Assembly: GCA_021613535.1 (NCBI GenBank)
Contig: CP075493.1
Location: forward strand, 4,464,001-4,528,000
DNA length: 64,000 nt
Direction of reading: 5' to 3'
From: Adineta vaga
Taxonomy: Eukaryota > Animalia > Rotifera
Shown: one piece after another, positions 23,588 to 36,419 of the stretch
Numbering within the stretch: position 1 is the stretch's first letter
Layout of the letters: every line of letters starts with the position of its first letter
The notes under the pieces: generated by a model
Seen by the model: only the letters and a program-made list of their open reading frames with translations
The model's database searches: none
Told to the model about the DNA's origin: nothing
Position numbers and translations under genes: made by a program

Positions 23588-25566
23588 TTAAAAGAATTTT
23601 AACAAAATACAAAAAACAATTAAAATGAATTCATTCGAAAATAATACTCTTCTTGCATTGCTTCGAGTAGATGTACTAGTCGATTCGGTTATTGTGATTG
23701 TTGTTGTTGTCGGTGTCGTCGTTGTAGTTGAACTAATAGTTGTAGTAGTATCAGTTGTTGTTGTTGTGGTTACAGTAGTCGTCGATGTCGTAGAGGTTGT
23801 CGTTGTAGTTGTAGTTGTAGTTGGATCGAGAATATCACAAGGTCCTATTTCAATATCATCAAATGCAACTGACACAGGTACATTGACAAGTTGATGAACA
23901 TAGAAATAGATTGTTCCTTCACAAACAATCTTTGGCACAGGTATAACTATAGTTTGCCATCCTTTACTATCATCTAATTTTCGTTGCCAGATACTTTGAC
24001 TATCACAAAGACCAGTCCAAACACTTACTACTGTACCATTTTGATTTTCTACAGATGATTTTACATAATAAGCATATCGTACACACATTCCTAAATTGAA
24101 TTCGACCATTTTTGGCGGAAGGACAACACCAGAATTTCCAGCCATGAAAGGTAATTGACGATTCCAATAAACGAAACCACCAGTTGATGAATTTGTTGTA
24201 TGATCATGAAATGGACCTAATGTTCGATCTGGAATAGTTTCACTAGTTTCGATGGTAAAATTGTATGTTGGTGTAGTATACCGATCTCCATTTTGCATTC
24301 CACACATCGATGAATTATCGAAATTGCATTCAAAAGAGAGAAGCATACCATCGTATGGAAATGTGATTGGAGGATAGGCACATGTTACAGAGAGATCATC
24401 TATAGCAAATGAACGTGGATAAGCTTTCAGAGTATCTACACGAAACCATAATGAATAATATCCAAGCGGTAAATTGATCACACTCCATGTCCTGTATACA
24501 AAAGAACACATTCGATTAATATCAGCTATGATGTATAAAATAGAGAGAATAACTTACCATTTTGCATTTGTATATCTGAAAAGCATCGAAAATCATATTT
24601 ATATATCTATATTCTGTTTGATGTTAGTGAGACTTACATATATTCACGAAACGTTGGTGGCCATATTTGTTGTACTGTTTCAAATGGATCTAAATATCTC
24701 GCATACACTTTTAGATAGCTATAATACTCGACACCAAAGGCATAATAATGAAAATTCAAACAGAAAGATTCATTTGCAGTAATATCGAATTGTGTTCGTG
24801 TAGCTAGATATCCGACATTACCCTGCTCGATTAGTTTCGAGTTTGCAACAAAAGCATAATGTCCTGATTGATTTCCATAGGTGAAATCAAAGGTAGGTGC
24901 TTTCGTTTCTTCTACAATAGCTTCACTTGCCTTCTTTATTAACCATGGATATGGATAATCTGATAATGAAACAAATTCATTGACACAGTTAGATTCAAAA
25001 TCACATGCTAGTAGAGTTTTAGGAGGTTCAGGACGTGGTTCATCGCAGTAATCAATAGATATATCATCGAATGCTAGAGGTTTAACTGAAACATTCGATC
25101 GAATAAATAATTTGAATTTTTCAGCTGGTAATCGAATTTTAACTAGTGTCCAATCGTTAGTCGAAGGATCTTTTCCTGGTATTGATGCGACAATTCGTGT
25201 AAGTTGTTCATCATCACCTTGTACTAATTGAACTGTGAATGGAAAGTCAATACGAGGTGTATAGTACCACATTTGAAAGCATACAGCTCGATCAAGTGGT
25301 AATTGGACCCATTCTTTGGTTTTGATTTCAGCCTCAACGTTATAAAATGGTGGCTGACTTTGTGGACTATAGAAAAGATAGTGTCCAGCACTTGTATTCA
25401 GTGTATGATCATGATTAGTGGGTAGTGGATGAGCACCATCGGTCAAACCCCAATTACTGTCAATGGCAAAGTCGTTACAAGATGTCTCAAAATCACATTT
25501 GAGAATAGCCGTGTTACTATTGTGGAATGTAAATGCACAAAGAGTAAAAAAGAACAATGAAAACAT
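23588..25566 (-). CDS. Cell-surface protein with three MAM domains, Thr-rich stalk and C-terminal hydrophobic (GPI-like) tail; exons 25566-24638, 24575-24558, 24491-23588
   Basis: CDFE/CNFD, DHT...G.Y, CF.MWY, LAFDDI motifs; splicing through an 18-nt micro-exon restores the frame (REY-I-YTNAK-W-TWSVINLP). Confidence 0.85.
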
Positions 25567-25786
25567 GTTGATAGCTTAAGTGTGTTTGTAAAAGAGATGA
25601 TATATATATATATATATATATCGCAGACAATGTGAGATAGGATGTTGCATAGCCGTTGTGCAAGAACAAACCTTGATAGATATGACAATGCAGGATATTT
25701 TATAAACTGATAAGATTAGAAATTGTTTTGCATATGTTCTGCATTATCTGAGATTATAGTAAAGAATTACATGACAACCTTTATTA

Positions 25787-27815
25787 TTAAAATAATGATA
25801 GAAAAAGACAAAAAAGAAAATAAATGAAAAACGTCTGAAATCTATTTGAACAAAATACTCGACGAGCATTGCTCTTTGAAGTTGTTGTTGTTGTTGTTGT
25901 TGTTGTAGTTGATATTGTCGAACCACTAGTAGTTGTCGTAGTATGAATAGTACTACTAGTAGTAGTAGAGGTAACAGTGGTGGTAGCCGGTGTTGTTGAT
26001 GTAGTTGTTGATGGTGATGTGATTGTGGTTGTCGTCGTAGATGTAACTGTCGTAGTTGTAGTAAAAGTATTACATTGATCAATAATGAAATCATCAATAG
26101 CAACTGCCACTGCAACTGGTGTTTTTTGATAAACTGACAAATAGTACGTTTCCATACATACAACATTAGGAGCAAGCAAATTAACAACTTGCCATCCTTG
26201 ACTATCATCTAATAATATGGACCATAAAGTAGTACCAAAACATCCTCCTGTTGTTACACCTAGCATTGTACCATTTTTATCCTTAACTGATGACTTAACA
26301 TAATAAGCAAATCGAATACACATTCCTAAATTTGATACCATAGGATACGCAGTAAATAAATAGCCTAAATCTCCGGAAGTAAAGGGTAGCTGACGTTTCC
26401 AATAACTAAAACCACCAGCTGATGAATTTGTTGTATGATCAAGAAGTGGACCTAAGCTTCGATCTGGGACTGTCTCACCAGTTTTGATAGTAAAGTTGTA
26501 CATTGGTTTCATAAAACGATCTCCAGTCTCCATTCCACACAACGTTAGATTATCGAAATCACATGAAAAGTGAAGTAAACCAGTGTTATCATCTCGAATT
26601 TTGGCTGGAGGATAAGCACATGATGTTACAGATATATCATCGATCGCATAAGAACGAGGAATCATCAGTACTATCTACACGAAACAATAATGAATAGTAC
26701 CCTTCAGGCAAATCTACAATTCCCCAAGTCCTAGGCACGAAAGACAAGAGACACATTAAATTACCATTCTAACTCATTTTTTGTCAAAAGTAAAAACTTA
26801 CCAATTATCACTTGCATATCTGAAAAGAAGAAGATTATGAATGGTAATATATAAGCTGTTTAGTATATCATTCCATCTTACACTTACATATATTGTTGGT
26901 ACAGTGGTGGCCACAATTGTTGTACAATTTCAGGTGATTCATATAATTGTGCATATATTTTCAAATTACCCGATAACATTCGACCATAATTATAATAATA
27001 AAAGTTTAAACAGAACGATTCATTCGCAGTGATATTCAAGGAAGTTTGAAGAGCAAGATACCCAACTATCCTGTTTTGATTGATTTGGAATTAGGAACCA
27101 ACGCATAATGCCCTGATTGATTACCATATGTGTAATCAACGATAGGTGCTTGCCTCTCTACTTTCACAGCATCACTTGCTTTCATTATTGACCATTCGTA
27201 TGGATAGCCGGATAATGGAATGAAATCATTTATACATGATGTTTCAAAAGTACATGTATATAATATTTCCGAAGGAGATGGCAATGGTTCATCACAAACA
27301 TCGATAGAAAGATCATCTATCGCTAGTGGAATAGTAGTCGTATTCAAACGGATAAATAATTTGAATTTTTCAGCTGGTAATCTTATTTTAACTAATGCCC
27401 AATCATTAGTCGAAGGATCTTTTCCTGGTATTGTTGCAACGATTCGTGTTAGCTGTTCATCGTCACCTTGGACTAGTTGAATTGAAAATGGAAGATCAAA
27501 ACGAGGAGTATAGTACCACATTTGAAAGCATACAGCTCGATCAAGAGGTAATTGAACCCATTCTTTGGTTTTGATTTGAGCCTTTACATTATAAAATGGT
27601 GGCTGACTTTGTGGATTATAGAAAAGATAGTGTCCAGCACTTGTATTCAGTGTATGATCATGATTGATGGGTTTCGGATGAAGTCCATCAGTGAAACCCC
27701 AGTTCGTATCAATGTCAAAATCATCGCATATGGTTTCAAAATCACATTTGAGAATAGCTGTGTTACTATTATGGAATGCAAATGCACAAAGAGTAAAAAG
27801 GAATAGTGAAAACAT
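25787..27815 (-). pseudogene. Tandem paralog of the MAM-domain gene with two frameshifts (~27067, ~26660)
   Basis: Same exon structure (micro-exon 26819-26802). Relative to the paralog, 1 nt is missing at G-x-VGYLA, creating TAG, and there is a second shift before PRSYAIDD. Assembly error is not excluded. Confidence 0.65.
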
Positions 27816-28107
27816 GTTGACGGTTTGAGTATGTGTATATGAGAGATAATATATAAATATATATGTCGCTGACAATGTAAGATAAGATATTGCATAGTTG
27901 TCGTGCAAGAACAAAACTTGACACGTATGATAATGTCGAACAATTTATAAACTGATAAAATTAGGCAAATGTTTTATGTATGTTCTTCACTATTAGTTTA
28001 TAAATTCAATTCGTTATTTTTTAAAATATTAGACGAAATTTCCGACTTTTGAATGAGTTTTATTGACACTCTCACATCCGCCAGAAATTTCGTTTTGGGA
28101 AGACATG

Positions 28108-28890
28108 TTAATCAATTTTGTCTTTTGTTATTTGTTTAAATTCAGCAAAAACAGCATGATGATCTGTTTCTCCTTTCGTATCAATGATTGAACATTCGTT
28201 TAATTTCCAATAATCATTCATACGAGGATGTGTATAAATATAATCAATTCTGGTACCGTATGGACACGTTGCTACTTGTTCATCTTTTAAAGTTGAATTC
28301 ATTGTTCGAAAAGCATCTTGATAATTCCATTGATGTGTTATTAGATGTGTTAAATCGAATCGTGGCTTTTCCCAACCAGCTGTTTGCCGTTTACCAACTA
28401 CAATATCACGATAATAAGTATCTGAATAATCTTCTCTTGTCAAAGCATTCATATCACCAATGACGATATCAATATTTTCTTTGTGGGGATTAAATTCTTG
28501 AATTTGTTTTATTCGATCATCTTCATTACGATGATCTAAATGTGTTACAGCAAATGTTAAATTTTCTATACCTTCTAAACAAAACTGAAGCATTGATCGA
28601 TTTCCACCGTTACAGAAAAAAGTAATTTGTTGAATAGAGGAACAAGCGATGGGATATCGAGATATAATACCATTACAAAAAGTACGCTTCGGTGGTCCAT
28701 ACGCAGAAAAAGGTAAACAAAGGCGTTGAGAAAAATCTCTCCATTCATCATTTTCTTGCATTTCTTGTACTGCAATAACATCGAGATTGAATGGACTAAG
28801 AATTGCTGCTAATTCAGACACATTCCTAGATGTACTACGAGGTCGACGAAATGAATGCACATTGATTGTAGCTATACGAAGTGTTGCCAT
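28108..28890 (-). CDS. Endonuclease/exonuclease/phosphatase (EEP) family protein, intronless
   Basis: ATINVH, AVQE, THLDH, GDMN, RIDYI, TDHHAV motifs; ATG at 28890. Confidence 0.9.
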   Translation of the reverse strand: MATLRIATINVHSFRRPRSTSRNVSELAAILSPFNLDVIAVQEMQENDEWRDFSQRLCLPFSAYGPPKRTFCNGIISRYPIACSSIQQITFFCNGGNRSMLQFCLEGIENLTFAVTHLDHRNEDDRIKQIQEFNPHKENIDIVIGDMNALTREDYSDTYYRDIVVGKRQTAGWEKPRFDLTHLITHQWNYQDAFRTMNSTLKDEQVATCPYGTRIDYIYTHPRMNDYWKLNECSIIDTKGETDHHAVFAEFKQITKDKID

Positions 28891-29257
28891 CGTGTATGAA
28901 GACGTTAAAATAATTGTAGATGTTGAGTCCACGTGCTCTTTGCTTTCGTATTTGATGTAAAAATGATTCGGTTCTCTTTTCCTATTTTGCAAATGTGCGT
29001 CAACAATGACGTCATACTATGAATAATTATAAAAAGACAAACCTATTCTCGTGAAATGTGTATCACTTGAAATCTTCTAGTCAATTCATAACACTATATG
29101 GAACTATAAACTAATGAACTCAATCATGTTACGTATTATTGGTCATTGTTTAAATTCGAAACGGCAAAGATTATGTTATTTATCTGTCTTATATATATAT
29201 ATATATATATATATTTCAAAAGAAAACTTTATTAAAACAACGAATCATCGCATTTAT

Positions 29258-29760
29258 TCAAGCAATCGATATGACAAATGTTGAACTATGATTTACTAAT
29301 CGTCCATGTCGTGTTTTTGTTACATTATATTTATACACAATATCTTTGATCGGAGCAAATGTTAAATCTCCATTGTGAAATGGTTGATGACAATCAAGTT
29401 TGAATGATGAATACGTATCTGAATGATATATCGTGACAACTGGACTACCTGTAGTTTCATTCCTATCACACGAATGAGTGATACTATTTTTCTGATTGAA
29501 TTGATGTAATATGACACAGATATCTATCTTTTTTACGATAGCACATTGTTGAACAGTATTAATCGAAGTGAAACAAACAAGATCCGTATTATTCGATGAT
29601 AATGGTGATCTAGTAGCTAATGGTAAAAGTTCTTGAATAGTTGCATTTGCACCGTATGTTTGTTTAAGTATTTCATTAGCTGTCTCGATAACTAATGTTG
29701 AATTCATTGATGATATATCACTACCCAAATTAAATTCATAGTTTTCACGATCGTACCAAA
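29258..29760 (-). CDS. Open frame of unknown function, Cys-containing; probably a 3' exon or fragment
   Basis: >156-codon open frame in AT-rich DNA; 5' structure unresolved, no recognised domain. Confidence 0.35.
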
Positions 29761-29961
29761 CTTTGAAAGTGTTATTTTTTTTATAAAATAGATACGAACA
29801 GATTAACCTTTTTCTAGATAAATTATTTCTATTTTTTCACGATCAATACAAAGGAAACCAATGCATATAAATTCTTTATTTTAACACAAATCAGTTATTA
29901 ACATGAACGGTTTTATATTGAAAGGTAACAGTTGAATCTAATTTCCATTGTCAATTAGATT

Positions 29962-31084
29962 TTACCCAGCCCGAGCTTCACGTATGTGTTCATGTCTAAA
30001 ACCAAGTCGAATTTTATTCGATAAATACTGTCTTAAATCATGATTATTTATAAATAAATGTATAACTACACTGCATAAAGACATTTCACATAATAGAACA
30101 GAACATGCATAGATAATTATATCAATATCAATCAGTTGATTGATAATACGAACAAAATAAATTGGACTCCAACCACCAATAAAAGTAGCAAAGACAAAAA
30201 TCATTTGTCGTACTAAAGCTACTTCTCGTGAATTAAATTTTATTTGTTGATTATTATTATTATTCGTTGTTAAAATATCGATAACTTGTGGTTGTATACG
30301 ACGTGATGATGATCGAATATAACGAAATATAAGAGCATTTAAAATAATTGTCGTCATCGAAGGAATAATAATAACCATAATACCCGTATAAATCCGACTA
30401 GAAAGTGGATCACTACAAATCTATAGAAGAAGATTATCAACATTTTCATTACATACTACAATCTTTATTCTAAATATAGTTGTTAATATCCTGAAGGAAA
30501 GGTACTGAAAATAAGAAATATATTCCGTCGTTGTCTACGACCTTATTTATATATTCGATTGATTACATCATTGCACCTAGTTGTGTTTAAGATTTGTAAG
30601 AAATCTCATTTTCAATGTATTCATCTCTATATCAGTAAAATTGACTTACTGAAACTTTGACGAAAATGACTGGTAACGAAAGAAGTAGAACAGTTATCCA
30701 TTGACTTGTAATACATATAATTACCCATCTTTTTGTCTTAAAAATTGGTTTTGTATGATAAACAATAAAGAAAAATCGATGAATAGAAAAAATCATAAAT
30801 CCAAATGGTACTCCAAGACTTGCGAAATTATATGCATAGAATAAAATAAAACATGAAGACATATTGAATAAAACTTCTGGATCATAATAATTTATTGTGA
30901 AATAAGTAATAAAAAAAGTACAACTGGCAATGACAGCTAAACATATATTGAGAATAAACATGTTATTTCGATGACGAAATCGACGAATACATAGAATTAA
31001 TATTGAATATGTTATTGTCAAGATTAGAGCCAATGCTAGAATAGCATCTTGAAGAATAGCAAAGATGAACGACGTATCTGTCAT
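29962..31084 (-). CDS. Divergent class-A (rhodopsin-like) GPCR, copy 1; exons 31084-30650, 30420-29962
   Basis: Seven hydrophobic segments, SIHRF (DRY-equivalent), GWSP in TM6; phase-0 intron verified in frame. Confidence 0.85.
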
Positions 31085-31296
31085 GATATTAAATGGATTC
31101 AGAAGAGTCGATGTTTAAATCTCTTGATAAATTTAGAGAAGAAGAAGAAGAAAACTTGACAGGTGCTTTTAATCTTATTAATAGCTTCTTCCAGTAATGG
31201 ACTTCATGTGAAGAGACAAAGATATTTATATCCTATTGATCATAAAATCTTTATTTAAAAAGAAGACATATACAAATGATTCCATTAAGAAAAGTT

Positions 31297-32422
31297 TTAA
31301 TGTCTGAAATAAAATTGAATCTTATCGGAGATATATTGTCGTAATTCACGATTAAATACAACTAGATTGAACACTAAGCTAAGTGCAGCTATTTCACATA
31401 TTAATACTAAAATTCCATTTGAAATCACGTCAACTGTTATGTATAGATTAACAATATTCGATAGATAAACTGGACTCCACCCAAGAATAAAAATAACAAA
31501 TGTAAATATCATTCGTTGCAATAAAACAATTTCTCGGCGACCGATTTTTCCTTGTTGATTAGAATTAATACCAGTGTTTATCACACTAAACACCTGTGGT
31601 AAAACACGACGAGTCGATGAACGAACATGTAAAAAAATAAGTCCATTCAATATGATATTGATTGTAGAAGGAATAATGATAGTCATTATACAGGCATAAA
31701 CTTGAAAACCAATTGAAATACCACAATACTAAAAAGTAAACTTCATAGAAAAGAACTTTTACTACATCTTAAAGATTATGAATACATCTTTTGAAACGAC
31801 ATGATAAAATACTATCAAGTAATCAGTGCTATTCATTTCACAAATAGAATTGAGTTTAATGAGGATAATAACATTTCGTTTCAATAATTTTAATATTCTC
31901 GAAGAATATTTTCAGTAATAGTGAATCATTTGAATCTTAGCTCTGTATTACTTACTGTGTAACAATTTAAAACAACAAGTAACTTACGGGTTCTGATCGA
32001 AAAACAAATGGTAATGATAAAAAAAATGTTAGAATCCATTGACTTGCAATACATATGATAACCCATTGTCTTGATTTGAAAAAAACTTTAGTATGATAGA
32101 TAATAAAGAAATACCGATGAATAGTAAAAGTAACAAAAGCAAATGGAATGCTTATATTAGCAATATTATTTGCATAAAATAATAGAATACATAAATGTTG
32201 AGCATATAAACGTTGTGGATCAAAATAAGATAATGTAAAATGAATGAAGAAATAAACACAACAACATATAACAGTAAAACAAATGTTGAATATAATCATA
32301 TTATTTCGATGACGAAAACGTTCGATGAAAAGAATTGATATTGATAATAGTATGGCTAAGAATATAGCTATTGCTAATAGACTATCTTGAAGGATGAGAA
32401 ATATATAACTTATATCTGTCAT
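31297..32422 (-). CDS. Divergent class-A GPCR, copy 2; exons 32422-31988, 31728-31297
   Basis: TIHRY, GWSP; same intron position and phase as copy 1. Confidence 0.85.
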
Positions 32423-32594
32423 GATGAAAGTGTAACTAATATGATCTTTGATTTCCAAATAAATGAGGTAAAAGAAGAATGTGAATGTTTTATTCTGCAT
32501 CCTAGATTATCAACACTTATTTCCGTTTGCTTTTTTGAAAGGAATAATTACATATACAAATGTCACAATCAATTCTATTCATCATATTTGTTTG

Positions 32595-33494
32595 TTAACG
32601 TCGAAAGCAATTACGTATTTTATCTGATAAATATTGTCTTAGTTCACGATTATACATAAATAAATTAATAACAATGCCTAAGACACATATTTGACTAAAG
32701 ATTAAACAGATTTGAACAAATTTAAAATCCATATCCATTGCTTCGTAGAAAATACTGATGATAAAAGCAGGTGTCCAACCTCCAACAAACATTGAAAACA
32801 TAAAAATCATTTGTCGTAATAATGCAATATCTCGACGATTGATCACTATCTGTGGATTAATTGCACCACTTGTTGTTGTACTAAGCATTTGAGGATGAAC
32901 ACGACGTGTAGAAGAACGAACATGAAGAAAAATCAAAGTATTAAGTATGAGATTTAGAATCGATGGTAAAACAGCAGCAATTACAAATGTATAGATTGTT
33001 AACCATAATTGATTACCACAATACTAGAACAAAAATTTCGATCTTCTTTACAAAACAAAACTATCGTCACTCACTCGTTTCGATCTGAAAAAGAATGGAA
33101 TTGAAATAACAAATTGAGAGATCCATTGAGAAGCAATACATATAATTACCCATCTTTTCTTTTTGAAAAAAGGTTTATAATGAAATTTCAATAAACATAA
33201 ACGATGTACTGAAAAAGCAACGAATGCAAATGGTACTTCTATACTCGCAACATTAAATGTATAATATAGCAAATTACATATTTGTCGAGGATATTCATAG
33301 TCAGCAATGATAAAATAAACGATAAAGTAAACCCAAGTGATGATAACTGTAATACACATATTGAGTATAAATACATTATATTGATTATGAAAACGTCGAA
33401 TACATATTATTGACAATGTATAGACTAAAGCGACGAGTAAATTGATTGCATATAAACCGCCTTGTAGGATAGTTAAAAAGTCACCGACATTCAT
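32595..33494 (-). CDS. Divergent class-A GPCR, copy 3; exons 33494-33075, 33023-32595
   Basis: SVHRL, GWTP; 51-nt phase-0 intron at the homologous site. Confidence 0.85.
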
Positions 33495-34430
33495 CCTTGT
33501 TAAAACAAACTAATTTGAGAAAATAAGAAAAGATTGTATGCAAGATAAAAACTCAATTTTTGATATCGTATAATTCATTAATCCGATTGCTGTTTTTCTA
33601 ATCTTTCTAATGCAATATGTAGAAGGAGAAGATTACTTGAGTAATCAAAAAAAAAGCAATTATTTTGTTTAAAAATAAATTTGTGACGTTAATTTAATGG
33701 ATATACTCTGTTCTTTCCAGGCTTAAACAATCGTTCTACTTTCAGAGAACTTTTACGTACTCTTTGGAAATGAAATATTGTTTAATGCAAATGACAGCAG
33801 ATGATTTGTCAGAAAGAAACGATCATGTCTGAGTATGGAAAAGACAGGTAGATTATTTTGCTTTAACAATATATATATTTACTAATACCTTTGCTATATT
33901 ATCGTAGAATTTCGGTCAAAATTAACTATTACAATTCTTGATAACAATAAAATATATTGCCGAAAATAAGAAACAAAAACCAAATCATAGTTACATAAGT
34001 ATTCTTCATCGTTTTCTCTTCGACTATTTGAACTTATCGACGTGCACATTTTTTATCTTCTTACTTTTGTATTTATTTCATAGTTGAAAAAAAATTATTA
34101 TGAATTAATCCTATAGCCTTAAGTATTTTCTTCGTATTATCGGATAATTGAAAAGTCACGTTTAAAAATCAGTTCTAATTCACAAGATATAAATGGATAT
34201 GATAAATTTGGAAACAGTAATCATTTGCCGTATCATTGAAAGATCTCTTCGATTAATTTTTATCTGAACATGAATGTTAACAATTTCGTCATAAGGAATG
34301 AATCAATTCGCCTATTTATTGATCATAGAATCTCAAACTATATCTAAATCTTGTCTATACTGATGAGACATGTTTTATTTTTGTTTCTATATATTCTAAT
34401 TAAAATATAGAAAACGTTCTTATACGTCGT

Positions 34431-35788
34431 CTAAATGCAATGACAACATGTTTTATCAAATTCACGATCGAGTCCGTATCGATGTAATCTATCATCATCC
34501 ATGATAATAATCCATTTTAATATTTGTGCTGGATCTTTAATACAAAATTCATCGCGATTTTCTTCCCGTTGTGCATAATAGATTGTGTCATAGGAATCCC
34601 ACCAAGATTTCGTATTTTTCACTTGATGAATCTCATCAAAAGTAATAATTCGAACTTTTCCCATTCGAATTTTTGCACATATATAAGAACCTGTACAAGA
34701 AAATGTATCAACTAATTACATAAAGTTAAGATTTATTTACCCGTATATCGTGCCTTGCCTTCAGTATCTGCAAATGAACGAGCAAAATATACACCATAGC
34801 CGAGCATTTGAGGTGGTTTATCACTAATACGAAAACCTTCTTTTGCTATACCAACAGCACCTTCAGGTGTCGTTCGATGAAAACCAATATAAATTTCATC
34901 AACATCTAATTGATAACGTCGATGAGGTTTAAAATCAAATGCATGAAAAATAACCACGTGTCTCAGTGATAAATTCGGGCAGTTGCCTGAAGTTGTGTAC
35001 TGACATGGACGATTACCAAGTTTACCAGCTTGTCGATGTGCTCCTAGTAGAGGAATAGGAAGAAAACGTTGATGACTAGGATGAAAATGTTGTTTAAAAC
35101 AACAACATCGACATTTTTTATAAGCTCCGTCAGGTCCATAATACCACCATGCACGATATTGGTAATAATCAATGAGCATTGTCAAAATAATACAACAAAG
35201 TGAAACCGTGCAAAGCACTGCCATATAGTTACCATAAATACTATAACTGCTGACTGTAGCATATAGAATAATAGCAATAATACGAAAGAAAATACAGAAA
35301 GATAGAAGACCAAAACGAACATAAAAACGTAGTTGTGGTCGTGGTTCATAACACGGACAATTCCAGGTAAGGGAGACAAATCGATGAACAGATTTACTCT
35401 TACACATAATACACATTAATCGACAACAACTTAAACATGCTTCCGAATCTTCATTGCTATGCTCTCAAGCATTCAGAACGCAATTACACATAAGCAGCAT
35501 ACTACAACCAGCAAATAATAGGAACAGAGCAACATAAATACCCATCAGTGTTGGTATAATGGATGCAATCCAATCGTAATAAATGCGATCTTCGTTTGAG
35601 TACTCAAAAGTAATGGTGCTGGAGTTGACTGAATTTGACTGGCAATCGAGGTTGAAATGTAACCATCGGAAGGAGTTGATGAGCCGCCTCCAAAAAAGAT
35701 AGCAATACGAATGATACCTAGTATCATTTCTACCAGGGAAATCAATCCGAGAAAAAAAGGCAAGGATTTGTAGCCACATGCCGAACAC
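34431..35788 (-). pseudogene. Multi-pass membrane protein with C-terminal PARP-like (H-Y-E) ADP-ribosyltransferase domain; disrupted
   Basis: GFHRT, MLGYGVYFA, DEFCI motifs; intron 34740-34691; apparent +1 (~35755) and -1 (~35576) frameshifts and an in-frame TGA at 35465-35467. Confidence 0.65.
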
Positions 35789-36419
35789 ATAGTTAAATCT
35801 TACAATATTTCTTTGACAAATTCGTCGTTTTTTATATGAATGGCTTCGTTATTGTTGAAAAAAAACCAACTATTTCTATAGAGTAAATGTGGCTATCACG
35901 GAATCTATTCAAAACAAAGAGCACATAAGTTGTTGATTTGCGTTACTAACAAAATACGAATTATACGTTTCTCTGCATGCACATACGCAGCCCGAAAAGT
36001 TTAAGTCGGAATATTTAATTTGCGCAGCATGTCATTGTAAAAGCTTTTACTTCACCCTGCAGACATACAGACACTACTACTACTGCTGTCTCAATATTTC
36101 TTTGAATCCGAACAGGAAACACTTTCCACGTAAATGTAGAGGAAGACTGTCTTGTTTTGTTTGTTTAAATTGATAAAAAAAACATGGACAAATTCAATAT
36201 CAAGATATTCACAACACTCATAGATAACAGACTTATTCTTTATATTTAAATTGTCGAAATTTTAGATATTTAGTACTTCTATTGAAAATGACAAGTTAAA
36301 AAGTAGAATCAATGTTACTACTACATATATTCTCAAGTCGCCTCATTTACAAAGTTCGCTTTATTAACTTAAATAAATAAATAAATAAATGTAAAAAAAT
36401 ATACAAAAAATTTACAATT

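Noticed and set aside
23625-23894. Poly-Val ORF on + strand, and the Gln/Leu-rich ORF at 25744-26208
   Set aside because: Antisense or alternative-frame shadows of the Thr-rich stalks of the MAM genes.
25599-25621. (TA)n microsatellites here and at ~29190 and ~50305
   Set aside because: Ordinary simple repeats in AT-rich DNA.
29258-29966. Splicing of GPCR copy 1 onto the orphan ORF at 29258-29760
   Set aside because: A GT lies near the GPCR stop, but no convincing in-frame acceptor was established, and the paralogs end at about this point.
35465-35467. Selenocysteine or readthrough at the in-frame TGA of the PARP-like gene
   Set aside because: No SECIS was recognised, and the same gene has frameshifts, so decay or error is simpler.
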